IMG/VR virus record: IMGVR_UViG_3300045988_105923
Source of the DNA: a virus
Direction: 5' to 3' (one strand)
DNA: 50,563 bases
Below are positions 24,871 to 32,566 of this stretch, in pieces. The position numbers were made by a program, and so were the translations under genes. The stretch's first letter is position 1, and the number at the start of each line of letters is the position of its first letter. The notes under the pieces were generated by a model. That model did not search any database, was not told the DNA's origin, and saw only the letters and a list, made by a program, of their open reading frames with translations.

Positions 24871-25076
24871 TAATTAACGATCCCACGATTTACTTTGGGA
24901 AGAAAATTAAAGTTTTTTCCACAAGTGGACGTGTAACGACCGGGGAACTCTATGGGTATGACTACGATTTTGATGATGATGGAAATGAATTTCTGGAGTT
25001 CGATGTGGAGAATGAACACGGCTTGTTGATTGGATTTACGGAGGACGAGATTGAGCGCATCGAGATTATTGGATGA
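24867..25076 (+). CDS. Small acidic protein, a candidate immunity protein for the MuF toxin domain
   Basis: The start overlaps the MuF stop as ATGA. The roughly 69-aa product is rich in D and E (YDYDFDDDGNEFLEFDVENEH). Confidence 0.45.
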   Translation: MIINDPTIYFGKKIKVFSTSGRVTTGELYGYDYDFDDDGNEFLEFDVENEHGLLIGFTEDEIERIEIIG

Positions 25077-25224
25077 AAAAACAAACAAAGAAACTATTAA
25101 AGCGTGGGCCATAATTGGGGCCATTCTTGACCGTGGGAATGACGCGATTATTCGAAAAAAAGAAAGTGGATTTCTCATCATCGAGGAAAAGAAAAAAACA
25201 GTATATCGCTCCCCCGACCGATAG
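25030..25224 (+). CDS. Uncertain small ORF
   Basis: A tracked ORF with a non-ATG start and no clear RBS. It may be shorter or non-coding. Confidence 0.3.
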   Translation: MDLRRTRLSASRLLDEKTNKETIKAWAIIGAILDRGNDAIIRKKESGFLIIEEKKKTVYRSPDR

Positions 25225-25244
25225 GGGCCGGGGAAGGACCGTTG

Positions 25245-25289
25245 GGGTCAACTACCGAGGATTTCTCGGTGGTTGACCCTTTTTCTTTT
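25245..25289 (+). terminator. Strong intrinsic terminator inside the head module
   Basis: The 15-bp stem pairs GGGTCAACTACCGAG with CTCGGTGGTTGACCC around the loop GATTT. It is followed by TTTTTCTTTT. Confidence 0.7.
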
Positions 25290-25410
25290 GACCGACCCGA
25301 AGTCGCTAAACTACGGGAGATTCAATTAAATTTGGCTATCCGCAAGCCTAAAAGTGCGGGGCGGTGGGTCACGGCAACGACCTAAAAAGCCTAGCCGCAA
25401 AGGAGAACGC

Positions 25411-26004
25411 ATGAAAACAGAAGAACTGCTTGAAATTGGACTGACAGAGGAACAAGCGACAAAGGTTTTGGCGATCAACGGGAAAGACATTGAACGATAC
25501 AAAAAGGCGGCAGATACAGCAAAGGCGGACCTTGAAGCGTCTCAGGAACAACTTTCACAGAGAGATGCGGATATTGAGAAGTTAAAAAAATCTGCCGGTG
25601 ATGTGGATGGCATCAAGCAGCAGTTGGCTGATCTGCAGACCAAGTACACCACGGAGACAGAGCAGTATCAGAAGCAGATTGCAGATCGTGACTATGCAGA
25701 TGCTGTCAATCATGCGATTGCCGACAAGGGTGTAAAGTTCAGTTCTAAAGCCGCGGAAAAGGCGTTTGTTGCGGACCTTACCGCCAACCGCCTAACGCTC
25801 AAAAACGGGGCTCTGGAAGGGTTTGAAGATTACCTGAAGGCGCAGCAAGACAGCGACCCAGCTGCGTTCCAGGGGGACAAGCCTGCCCCGTCGTTTGCAA
25901 AGCCTGTTGGCCCTGGCGGGCCTCCTGCTCACGAGAGCAAAGGAGCCATGTACGCCAAGCAGTTCAATCAAATGTACGCAACCCAAAATACTACGAAGGA
26001 GTGA
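25411..26004 (+). CDS. Scaffolding protein (GP20-like)
   Basis: An AAAGGAG RBS precedes the start. The product is a helical, charged coiled coil and lies before the decoration and capsid genes. Confidence 0.75.
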   Translation: MKTEELLEIGLTEEQATKVLAINGKDIERYKKAADTAKADLEASQEQLSQRDADIEKLKKSAGDVDGIKQQLADLQTKYTTETEQYQKQIADRDYADAVNHAIADKGVKFSSKAAEKAFVADLTANRLTLKNGALEGFEDYLKAQQDSDPAAFQGDKPAPSFAKPVGPGGPPAHESKGAMYAKQFNQMYATQNTTKE

Positions 26005-26009
26005 AACGA

Positions 26010-26573
26010 ATGTCTCATTTTTACAGAGTGAATGGCACTTTTCGGCCGAACTTCCTGGAAAGCGAGGTTGGGCTTGTCCTGAAAACCTATCAGATTCCAG
26101 CTTCTATGGGCGTGGCGGATGAGTATGGAAACAAAATCGTTGCCGCCGGAACTGTGTTCCCGTCCAATGATGGGAGCGCCGTGGGTATCGTTTTTGACGA
26201 TGTGGATGTCACCCACGGCGACCACGAAGGGAGCGTCATGCTGGCTGGCCGTGTTCTGAAAGAACGCCTGAATATCCAGAGCGCCGCCGAGACACCGCTG
26301 AAAGCGGCTGGGATTGTGTTTGTGGATGCGCCCGAAGTTACCAGGGGATATTGCCTGACCTATGAAAAGGACGATGGTACAGGCACGCCTCCGGTTGATA
26401 CCCATGAATACCAGGAGGGCAGCTATGCTCCTGTATCAACCGATTATCCGCTGACTAAAGCGAGCAATACACAAACCGGATGGGCGCTCTCCAGCGGCGG
26501 GCCTGCGGTTACATCGGTCAAGATGACCAAGGATGCAAAGCTCTATCCCGTCTGGACTTCCGCAGGCGTCTAA
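26010..26573 (+). CDS. Head decoration-like protein with a C-terminal Listeria-Bacteroides (Flg_new) repeat
   Basis: Its position mirrors lambda D before E. The C-terminus YCLTYEKDDGTGTPP...TQTGWALSSGG...DAKLYPVW fits the Flg_new repeat pattern. Confidence 0.5.
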   Translation: MSHFYRVNGTFRPNFLESEVGLVLKTYQIPASMGVADEYGNKIVAAGTVFPSNDGSAVGIVFDDVDVTHGDHEGSVMLAGRVLKERLNIQSAAETPLKAAGIVFVDAPEVTRGYCLTYEKDDGTGTPPVDTHEYQEGSYAPVSTDYPLTKASNTQTGWALSSGGPAVTSVKMTKDAKLYPVWTSAGV

Positions 26574-26589
26574 CAAGGAGGATTGACAA

Positions 26590-27633
26590 ATGGCTGATAT
26601 TTTAACTTTGATTTCCGATGCTGAAAGACTGGACTTCTCTCAGAATCTGTCTGTTGCCCGTCCTGCATACCTGGGCGACCGGCTTTTCCCTGATCAGAAG
26701 ACCGAAAACCTCAAGGCGGAATATATGCGGCTTGCCAATGGCGCTACCCTGCCTGTGATGGCTACCGTCCACGCCTTTGACACAGAGGCGGAGATCGGTT
26801 CCCGGCCTACCTTTGACAAGATGGAGGTCGAAAAGCTGCTGATCAAGCGCAAGATCAATCAGACCGAGCGCGTGCGGCTCCTGACTGAATCCGGCGTGTA
26901 TGGCGATGAGGCTATCGTGCGCTATGTGTTTGATGATATGCGTCTGATGGCGGATGCAGTCAAGGTCCGAACCGAAGTTGCCAAGATGGATGTGCTTGCC
27001 ACCGGCAAGATGAACATCAATGAGAATCGCCTTAAGATGACCGTTGATTATAAAGTTCCCAGTGAAAACCTGGCCTTCGATTTGGACATGTCCGCTGATG
27101 CTGATGTCATTGGTCAGATTCAAGCCATTGTGGACCAAGCCGCTGAGATGGGGTACACCATCAACGAGGCGATTACCTCTAACAAGGTAGTCCGTAAGTT
27201 AGCGACCAACAAGGGCATTCAGACCCTGATCTTTGGTTCTGTTGGACAGGGGACCTATGTTCCCAACGAGCGTCTACGCGGTTTGTTTTCGCAGCTCTTC
27301 GGATTTGGAACCATCACAACCTATGATCTGCGATATAAGACTCAGAAGGCGGACGGCACGGAGGCGACGCATCGCTTCTATCCGGAGGATAAGATCACTT
27401 TCACCGCAGTTCCGCAGGTGGGTGTTGGCTTGTGGGGCGTGTCTCCAGAAGAGGCGGAGTATGGACAATACAACGAAAAGTCCGCCGATCAGTACATCAC
27501 CATTACCCAATGGGCGACGCCTGACCCTGTAGCGGTGTGGACGAAGGCCACCGGATTGTTTATCCCGGTCCTTCCTGACCCCAACGGCCTGTTTGTGGCC
27601 GCTGTAAAGCCAGACGCTGCCTCGGGGGGTTAA
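26590..27633 (+). CDS. Major capsid protein (HK97-fold, gpE-like)
   Basis: The 347-aa size and position support the call. The N-terminal region LDFSQNLSVARPAYLGDRLFP...ATVHAFDTEAEIGSRP is typical of gpE-family capsid proteins. Confidence 0.88.
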   Translation: MADILTLISDAERLDFSQNLSVARPAYLGDRLFPDQKTENLKAEYMRLANGATLPVMATVHAFDTEAEIGSRPTFDKMEVEKLLIKRKINQTERVRLLTESGVYGDEAIVRYVFDDMRLMADAVKVRTEVAKMDVLATGKMNINENRLKMTVDYKVPSENLAFDLDMSADADVIGQIQAIVDQAAEMGYTINEAITSNKVVRKLATNKGIQTLIFGSVGQGTYVPNERLRGLFSQLFGFGTITTYDLRYKTQKADGTEATHRFYPEDKITFTAVPQVGVGLWGVSPEEAEYGQYNEKSADQYITITQWATPDPVAVWTKATGLFIPVLPDPNGLFVAAVKPDAASGG

Positions 27634-27641
27634 ATGAGCTG

Positions 27642-27791
27642 TTGAGCGCGGCTTCACTCTCCACGCCCGACTTCTCCAGCATGACTCGGGCAGAAATGCT
27701 TGATTATGCTGTGGAGAACGGCGTGGGGGGTGTCAACAGCTCCATGAAAAAGGCCGATATTTTAGCGGTACTCCGGAGGACGGCGCTATGA
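27642..27791 (+). CDS. Small HeH/SAP-like (Rho-N-like) domain protein
   Basis: MTRAEMLDYAVENGVGGVNSSMKKADILAVL is an HeH-type motif. The start is either the TTG at 27642 or the ATG at 27681. The stop overlaps the next ATG. Confidence 0.45.
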   Translation: MSAASLSTPDFSSMTRAEMLDYAVENGVGGVNSSMKKADILAVLRRTAL

Positions 27792-28210
27792 TTTATGCGA
27801 GTTACGAGTTCTATTCGTATGTGTACTTCGGGAAATCTATTGAGCCATCTGATTTTCCGAGACTCGCGCTTCGGGCAAGTTCTTATATTGACTACTGCAC
27901 AGCAGGAAGAGCTGAAAAACACGCAGATCTTGACGCAGTAAAAATGGCGTGTTGTGCAATCGCTGAAGCTTATCAGACGATTGACGCGGCAAGGAGCTCG
28001 GCAAGCAAAAGCTTATCTGCGTCTGTCGGAGATTCCGGTGAACTACAAAGCCAAACCGTTGGAAGCTGGTCCAAAACCTATCGTTCCGGGGGGTCAAGCG
28101 CCAAAGACGCGCTGAATGCGGCAGAAAGTGCACAAGGAGCTCTTATGGAGACGGCGAAAATGTATCTTGCTGGAACTGGGCTTTTGAAAGCAAAGGGGTA
28201 CTACGCGTGA
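27788..28210 (+). CDS. Head-tail connector (gp6-like adaptor)
   Basis: Position and the N-terminal pattern YASYEFYSYVYFGKSIEPSDFPRLALRASSYIDYCT support the call. Confidence 0.55.
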   Translation: MIYASYEFYSYVYFGKSIEPSDFPRLALRASSYIDYCTAGRAEKHADLDAVKMACCAIAEAYQTIDAARSSASKSLSASVGDSGELQSQTVGSWSKTYRSGGSSAKDALNAAESAQGALMETAKMYLAGTGLLKAKGYYA

Positions 28211-28659
28211 GCATGTTTCCACATGTTGTTACACTCTATAACACGAAGAGTATAGAGCTGCCGGAAAACAAATTTGAGCCTACTTTGGTCAATCACATCA
28301 CTGTTCTGCGTGGTGTACTCCTGGACGCCTCCAAGGGCGTTAATGTGAACAAGAGCGGCCTGGAAGGGGCGGACGCCGTTACCTTGTATATCCCGGTCAA
28401 TGTTGATGCTGTGGATGGCTTAACAGGCAGAAAGAAGCGGTATGTCGGACCAAGAGAATTTTGGAATGCAGACGACAAAACCGGCCTGTGGACGCTCTCT
28501 GTAAGCCGCGACTGCTTTTTCGTCAAAGGGGAGGCCGTACACCCAGATTGGACGGTGCAGACCATCAAAGCGGCATATGATAACGTCTACGATGTGAGTA
28601 AGGTGGACTTCAAGGATTTTGGCGGAGATATGTCGCACTTTCAAGTGGGAGGTGCTTGA
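28207..28659 (+). CDS. Head closure or head-tail joining protein
   Basis: The call rests on position and size only. Confidence 0.5.
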   Translation: MSMFPHVVTLYNTKSIELPENKFEPTLVNHITVLRGVLLDASKGVNVNKSGLEGADAVTLYIPVNVDAVDGLTGRKKRYVGPREFWNADDKTGLWTLSVSRDCFFVKGEAVHPDWTVQTIKAAYDNVYDVSKVDFKDFGGDMSHFQVGGA

Positions 28660-28660
28660 A

Positions 28661-29071
28661 ATGCTGAAACTCACGGTACACACCAAAGGCCTGGAGGAAA
28701 TCAAGGATAAATTGATGCAAGCATCTTCAAAAGCTGAACACACTCTTGCTATTCAAATCCGGAAGGACACGTCTCCTTACGTGCCTGCGTTAACAGGAGA
28801 CTTGGATAGGAGAACAAAAGTAGACGGGTCTCGCATTATATATCCAGGGCCAGAATCCAGGATGCTATATTACGGGAAATTGATGGTTGATCCCGAGACG
28901 GGAAGCAGCTACGCGCCAAAAGGCGGCACAAAGGTGGTCACAGATAAGGACCTGGTTTTTAACAAATCGATGCACGCACAGGCGCAATCCCATTGGTTCG
29001 AGGCTAGCAAGTCAGAAAACCTTGAGAAGTGGGTGCGAGTAGCAGACAAGGCGGTGAAGAATGATCTCTGA
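28661..29071 (+). CDS. HK97 gp10-like neck or tail-completion protein
   Basis: A GGGAGGTG RBS precedes the start. Pattern DTSPYVPALTGDL and position support the call. Confidence 0.55.
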   Translation: MLKLTVHTKGLEEIKDKLMQASSKAEHTLAIQIRKDTSPYVPALTGDLDRRTKVDGSRIIYPGPESRMLYYGKLMVDPETGSSYAPKGGTKVVTDKDLVFNKSMHAQAQSHWFEASKSENLEKWVRVADKAVKNDL

Positions 29072-29537
29072 TAAAAAAGAACGGCCTAAAGTGTTAGCTG
29101 CGGCGGAGGAGGTTCAAACAATTTCCCGTTCTATGCTGGTTTGGGCAAATACCTTTCCGGACAAGCCCGTTGCCATCATCAACTATGAATTTTTAGATGT
29201 GGACATGGCAAAGCCCGCTGAGGTAGGAATGACTCTCTCCACGATTCCGGGAACTTACATTACAAGCAAATACATTCTGGGCGGATATCAAGCGGAATAT
29301 CAGTTTGAAATGCTCTATCGAATCAAACCGGGAGACAGCATAGATGCACGATTAGAAGCTGTCGAGCTGTTGAACAGATTCGGAGACTGGGCCAGAACGA
29401 ATAAACCGGAGCTGGGAGAGGGAATCCGCGCACTGAGAGTGGAGCCTACCACACAGGCCGCAAAGCTGGCCGCATTTGAAAACGGCTATGAAGATTATCA
29501 AATTTTAATGCGCCTGACTTATGAAGTCGGAGTTTGA
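29061..29537 (+). CDS. Tail terminator or completion protein
   Basis: It lies immediately before the major tail protein gene. Confidence 0.5.
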   Translation: MISDKKERPKVLAAAEEVQTISRSMLVWANTFPDKPVAIINYEFLDVDMAKPAEVGMTLSTIPGTYITSKYILGGYQAEYQFEMLYRIKPGDSIDARLEAVELLNRFGDWARTNKPELGEGIRALRVEPTTQAAKLAAFENGYEDYQILMRLTYEVGV

Positions 29538-29552
29538 AAGGAGCAATAGACT

Positions 29553-30089
29553 ATGGCCGATTTAACTTTCAATACTACACCTGGTCAAACTGTAGGACGG
29601 GAAATGTTGATTGCTTACCTAAATACAGCGGAGGATATTGGCACTCCGAAGTGGTCTGCAATTGGCAAGCGAGTAGAAGATAGTTCGTCTGAGTATGACT
29701 GGCAAACAGAGACGAAGGTTGACATCTTCGGAAATACCTACACCAACGGAAAGAAGCCCACAATCACTCAGACTTTTGACCCGTGCGAATTAGATGCGGA
29801 TGACGCAGCCCAAAAGAAAATTTGGAATCTTGGCATTAAAGACCAGAATGTAAATGCCCTGATGAATCAAGACATGCTTATCGTCCATTTATATGCAGGT
29901 ACGGCTAATACAGCTGTGTTTGCAGAGAGATATGCATCTTGTTCTATTCTTCCCTCTGGGCTTGGCGGAGAGGGCGGCGGCACAATTGGTATGCCGCTTG
30001 AAGTGACTTATGGTGGAACTCGTACTGTAGGGACAGCCTCCGTTAGTGGCGGGACAGTGACATTTACACCTAGTGATGAAGAGGTCTAA
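29553..30089 (+). CDS. Major tail protein
   Basis: The 178-aa gene sits between the neck genes and the chaperone and tape measure genes. Confidence 0.65.
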   Translation: MADLTFNTTPGQTVGREMLIAYLNTAEDIGTPKWSAIGKRVEDSSSEYDWQTETKVDIFGNTYTNGKKPTITQTFDPCELDADDAAQKKIWNLGIKDQNVNALMNQDMLIVHLYAGTANTAVFAERYASCSILPSGLGGEGGGTIGMPLEVTYGGTRTVGTASVSGGTVTFTPSDEEV

Positions 30090-30092
30090 GAC

Positions 30093-30524
30093 ATGAAAGA
30101 ACTTAGTTTTGATTCAGGTCTCACTACATATTCCCTAAACGGTAAGTGTGAGGTGTCATTTAACCCGACTGACAGCAACTTTGTGGAACGGCTTTACTCC
30201 GCTTTTGAGGACTTGGACAAGAAGCAGGAGAGTTACAAGGCACAGATCGAGAAGATGACGGATAAGAGGGAAATCTTTGAATTTGCCAAAGAGCGGGATG
30301 CAGAGATGCGTGACATCATTGATGGTGTATTTGAAGCACCCGTGAGCGAAGCGGTATTCGGCGGCATGAACGTCTACGCAATCGCTAATGGCCTCCCCGT
30401 GTGGTGTAATCTAATGATGGCTATCATGGATGAAATCGACACCACATTCTCAAGAGAGCAAAAGCTTACTAATCCAAGGATCAGTAAATATACGGCAAAA
30501 TACCAAAAGTATCAGAAGAAGTAA
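30093..30524 (+). CDS. Tail assembly chaperone
   Basis: Position after the major tail protein and an acidic, helical composition support the call. Confidence 0.5.
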   Translation: MKELSFDSGLTTYSLNGKCEVSFNPTDSNFVERLYSAFEDLDKKQESYKAQIEKMTDKREIFEFAKERDAEMRDIIDGVFEAPVSEAVFGGMNVYAIANGLPVWCNLMMAIMDEIDTTFSREQKLTNPRISKYTAKYQKYQKK

Positions 30525-30539
30525 TCAAAGGAGTACGTC

Positions 30540-31142
30540 ATGAGATATGGGCTGCCAAAAACCGTTGAAATAGACGGAGAAGAGTTTGCTATCCGCTATG
30601 ATTACCGCGTTATCCTTGATGTTTTCGAGGCCATGAACGACCCGGATTCCAGCGAGGAAGAACGCGCTCTTGACGTACTCCAAATCTTCTACATTGACTT
30701 TGACGATCTGACCGACTATGACGCGGCGATGAAAGCGATGTTCTGCTTTATCAATGGCGGCGAGGAGCCCCAAAAGCAGAAAGGTCCACACCTTGTAGAC
30801 TGGCCGATGGACTTCCCGCGCATTATTGCGCCGGTCAACCGTGTGTTAGGCTATGAGGTCCGCGCTGTGGACTACGACATCGAAACCAATACAGGAGGAG
30901 TCCATTGGTGGACTATTCTTTCCGCCTATGCAGAGATTGGGGATTGCCTATTTGCCCAGATAGTCCGCATCCGCGATAAGAAAGCAAAAGGTAAGCCGCT
31001 GGACAAGTCAGACAGAGAATTTTATCGGAAAAATCGTGACATTATCGACATCAAACAGAACTATAGTGAGGCGGAAAACAATCTTGTAAACCTCTGGACG
31101 GGCGAAAAAAATAGGACGGCACCCGAAACAGGTACCGTCTGA
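30540..31142 (+). CDS. Gp15-family tail assembly protein
   Basis: The N-terminus LPKTVEIDGEEFAIRYDYRVILDVFEAMNDPD is typical of the Firmicutes phage Gp15 family. Confidence 0.6.
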   Translation: MRYGLPKTVEIDGEEFAIRYDYRVILDVFEAMNDPDSSEEERALDVLQIFYIDFDDLTDYDAAMKAMFCFINGGEEPQKQKGPHLVDWPMDFPRIIAPVNRVLGYEVRAVDYDIETNTGGVHWWTILSAYAEIGDCLFAQIVRIRDKKAKGKPLDKSDREFYRKNRDIIDIKQNYSEAENNLVNLWTGEKNRTAPETGTV

Positions 31143-31150
31143 GGCATTCA

Positions 31151-31420
31151 TTACTGAGCTTTTTTCAATTCTTCAATTTGCCGGGTATGTATAGCCACCG
31201 TTTTTTCAAGATCATCCACGCGATCTTCCATAATGTCTATAGCTTCTTGCGGGATCATTTTAGACCCCATCGAATCTAGCTTTTCAAACAATAATTTGAA
31301 TTGTGGGGCAAATGTATTCTCAATGATTACCTGCATATTTGCCATAGACTCTTTGAGGATTTCTTTCTTCTGCTGCTCCATCATTGTATGAATCGCTTGC
31401 AGGTCCTTTTCATCTAACAT
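31151..31420 (-). CDS. Reverse-strand coiled-coil hypothetical protein (moron)
   Basis: The ATG at 31420 lies 8 nt after AAGAGG. The gene has its own consensus promoter and is AT-rich. Confidence 0.6.
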   Translation of the reverse strand: MLDEKDLQAIHTMMEQQKKEILKESMANMQVIIENTFAPQFKLLFEKLDSMGSKMIPQEAIDIMEDRVDDLEKTVAIHTRQIEELKKAQ

Positions 31421-31441
31421 CCCGATCACCTCTTGTTTGCT

Positions 31442-31470
31442 ATTATACGGGCTGGCTGGATAGCTGTCAA
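31442..31470 (-). promoter_or_regulatory. Consensus sigmaA promoter inside the tail module
   Basis: On the minus strand, TTGACA (31470-31465) is followed by a 17-nt spacer and TATAAT (31447-31442). Confidence 0.65.
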
Positions 31471-31517
31471 GAAACTTGATTTGTTAACAACTCCATATTG
31501 AAACGGAGGAGGTTTTA

Positions 31518-31772
31518 CTAATTTATGTCCTCTTTACAAATTACAAAATGCTGTTTGCTTTCCACAGCTGTTCCGGCGTCTATGTAAGATGTTTGAAATT
31601 CATCCCAATCCGATGGTAGTTCCCAAACTACGTGACCAACGATTTCCATTCCAGGAGAAACGGCTCCTACAAAGACAACTGCATCATCAATACTGCCAAC
31701 TACGACTTTTGGAATTACTTTACTATCGTATGGAGCAATCAGATAGCTGTACCTGAGCCAGCGGAACACCAT
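31518..31772 (-). CDS. DUF4352-like fragment or small beta-sandwich protein, possibly the frameshifted 3' part of the upstream gene
   Basis: The ATG at 31772 lies 6 nt after GGAG. It overlaps the upstream ORF by 50 nt in another frame. Confidence 0.45.
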   Translation of the reverse strand: MVFRWLRYSYLIAPYDSKVIPKVVVGSIDDAVVFVGAVSPGMEIVGHVVWELPSDWDEFQTSYIDAGTAVESKQHFVICKEDIN

Positions 31773-32493
31773 CACATTCTCCGACAATAGTGATATAGTC
31801 TCCGTCATTTAATTGAGCAATCAAATCTGTTTGCTCGCCATCTTTTGGGAAGAAACACTGGATGGGATAAAGTCCATAACCATCATTTGTCTCAAGAGAA
31901 ATGCATGGGGCCTTTGTAACAATATCCTGCCCTATATTTTGAATAGTTCCGGCCACAACTAGAATCTTATCTTTATATAGTGCATCTGCGTTCACAGTGT
32001 TCTCTTTATACGCTGCCCACAAATCAGCGGCGGAAATGGTAATTTCCTCCGATTGGCTGGCCTGCGTGGGCGTAGACTGTGGCAGATTGTTTGAATCAGA
32101 GTTTAACGAACTATCAAAGCGGCTCCCAAAAGTAAGAAATACAGTGGAAAGCACAGCAACAACAATCACGGCCGAAAATGCAATATTTCCCTTAATTCGT
32201 CTGCTGCTTTTTCCTGGGGCGTTCTTGCTGTCGAAAGAGACGGTTTCTGGTGTGTTTGTTGCGTATTCGCTATCAACCACAATATGAGAACCAGATATAA
32301 TCGTATTCACGACCCTTGCCCTATCCTCCGGCAACAAGAGAATCGAAATAGAGCAGTCTATCTTTCGGCCCTTTTGGAACGAAATGGTATGCGGCCCGTC
32401 TTGGGCGTATGCAGAAATGGTCGTCCCATTTCGCAATGTCCCGACGACCTTACCGTCTAAAAGGACAGTAAAATCAACCGCACAGCCCCACAT
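31723..32493 (-). CDS. Membrane protein with a C-terminal tRNA_anti-like OB-fold domain
   Basis: The ATG at 32493 lies 6 nt after AAGGGAG. A central TM segment is IAFSAVIVVAVLSTVFLTF. The C-terminus ISAADLWAAYKENTVNADALYKDKILVVAGTI...DGDYITIVGEC fits the tRNA_anti-like pattern. Confidence 0.65.
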   Translation of the reverse strand: MWGCAVDFTVLLDGKVVGTLRNGTTISAYAQDGPHTISFQKGRKIDCSISILLLPEDRARVVNTIISGSHIVVDSEYATNTPETVSFDSKNAPGKSSRRIKGNIAFSAVIVVAVLSTVFLTFGSRFDSSLNSDSNNLPQSTPTQASQSEEITISAADLWAAYKENTVNADALYKDKILVVAGTIQNIGQDIVTKAPCISLETNDGYGLYPIQCFFPKDGEQTDLIAQLNDGDYITIVGECDGVPLAQVQLSDCSIR

Positions 32494-32566
32494 GGATTTC
32501 TCCCTTGTAATAATGATTTCTTTATATCCATCCACATAAATCTCTCCCCTCAAGGTGGTGTTTCAT

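Noticed and set aside
25968-27138. Minus-strand ORFs of 145 and 178 aa over the decoration and capsid genes
   Set aside because: They are shadows of highly expressed forward structural genes, with no translation signals.
30093-31142. A programmed -1 frameshift between the tail chaperone genes (G/GT type)
   Set aside because: The two ORFs are separated by a 15-nt gap, and the second has its own ATG start at 30540. I saw no slippery heptamer near the end of the first ORF.
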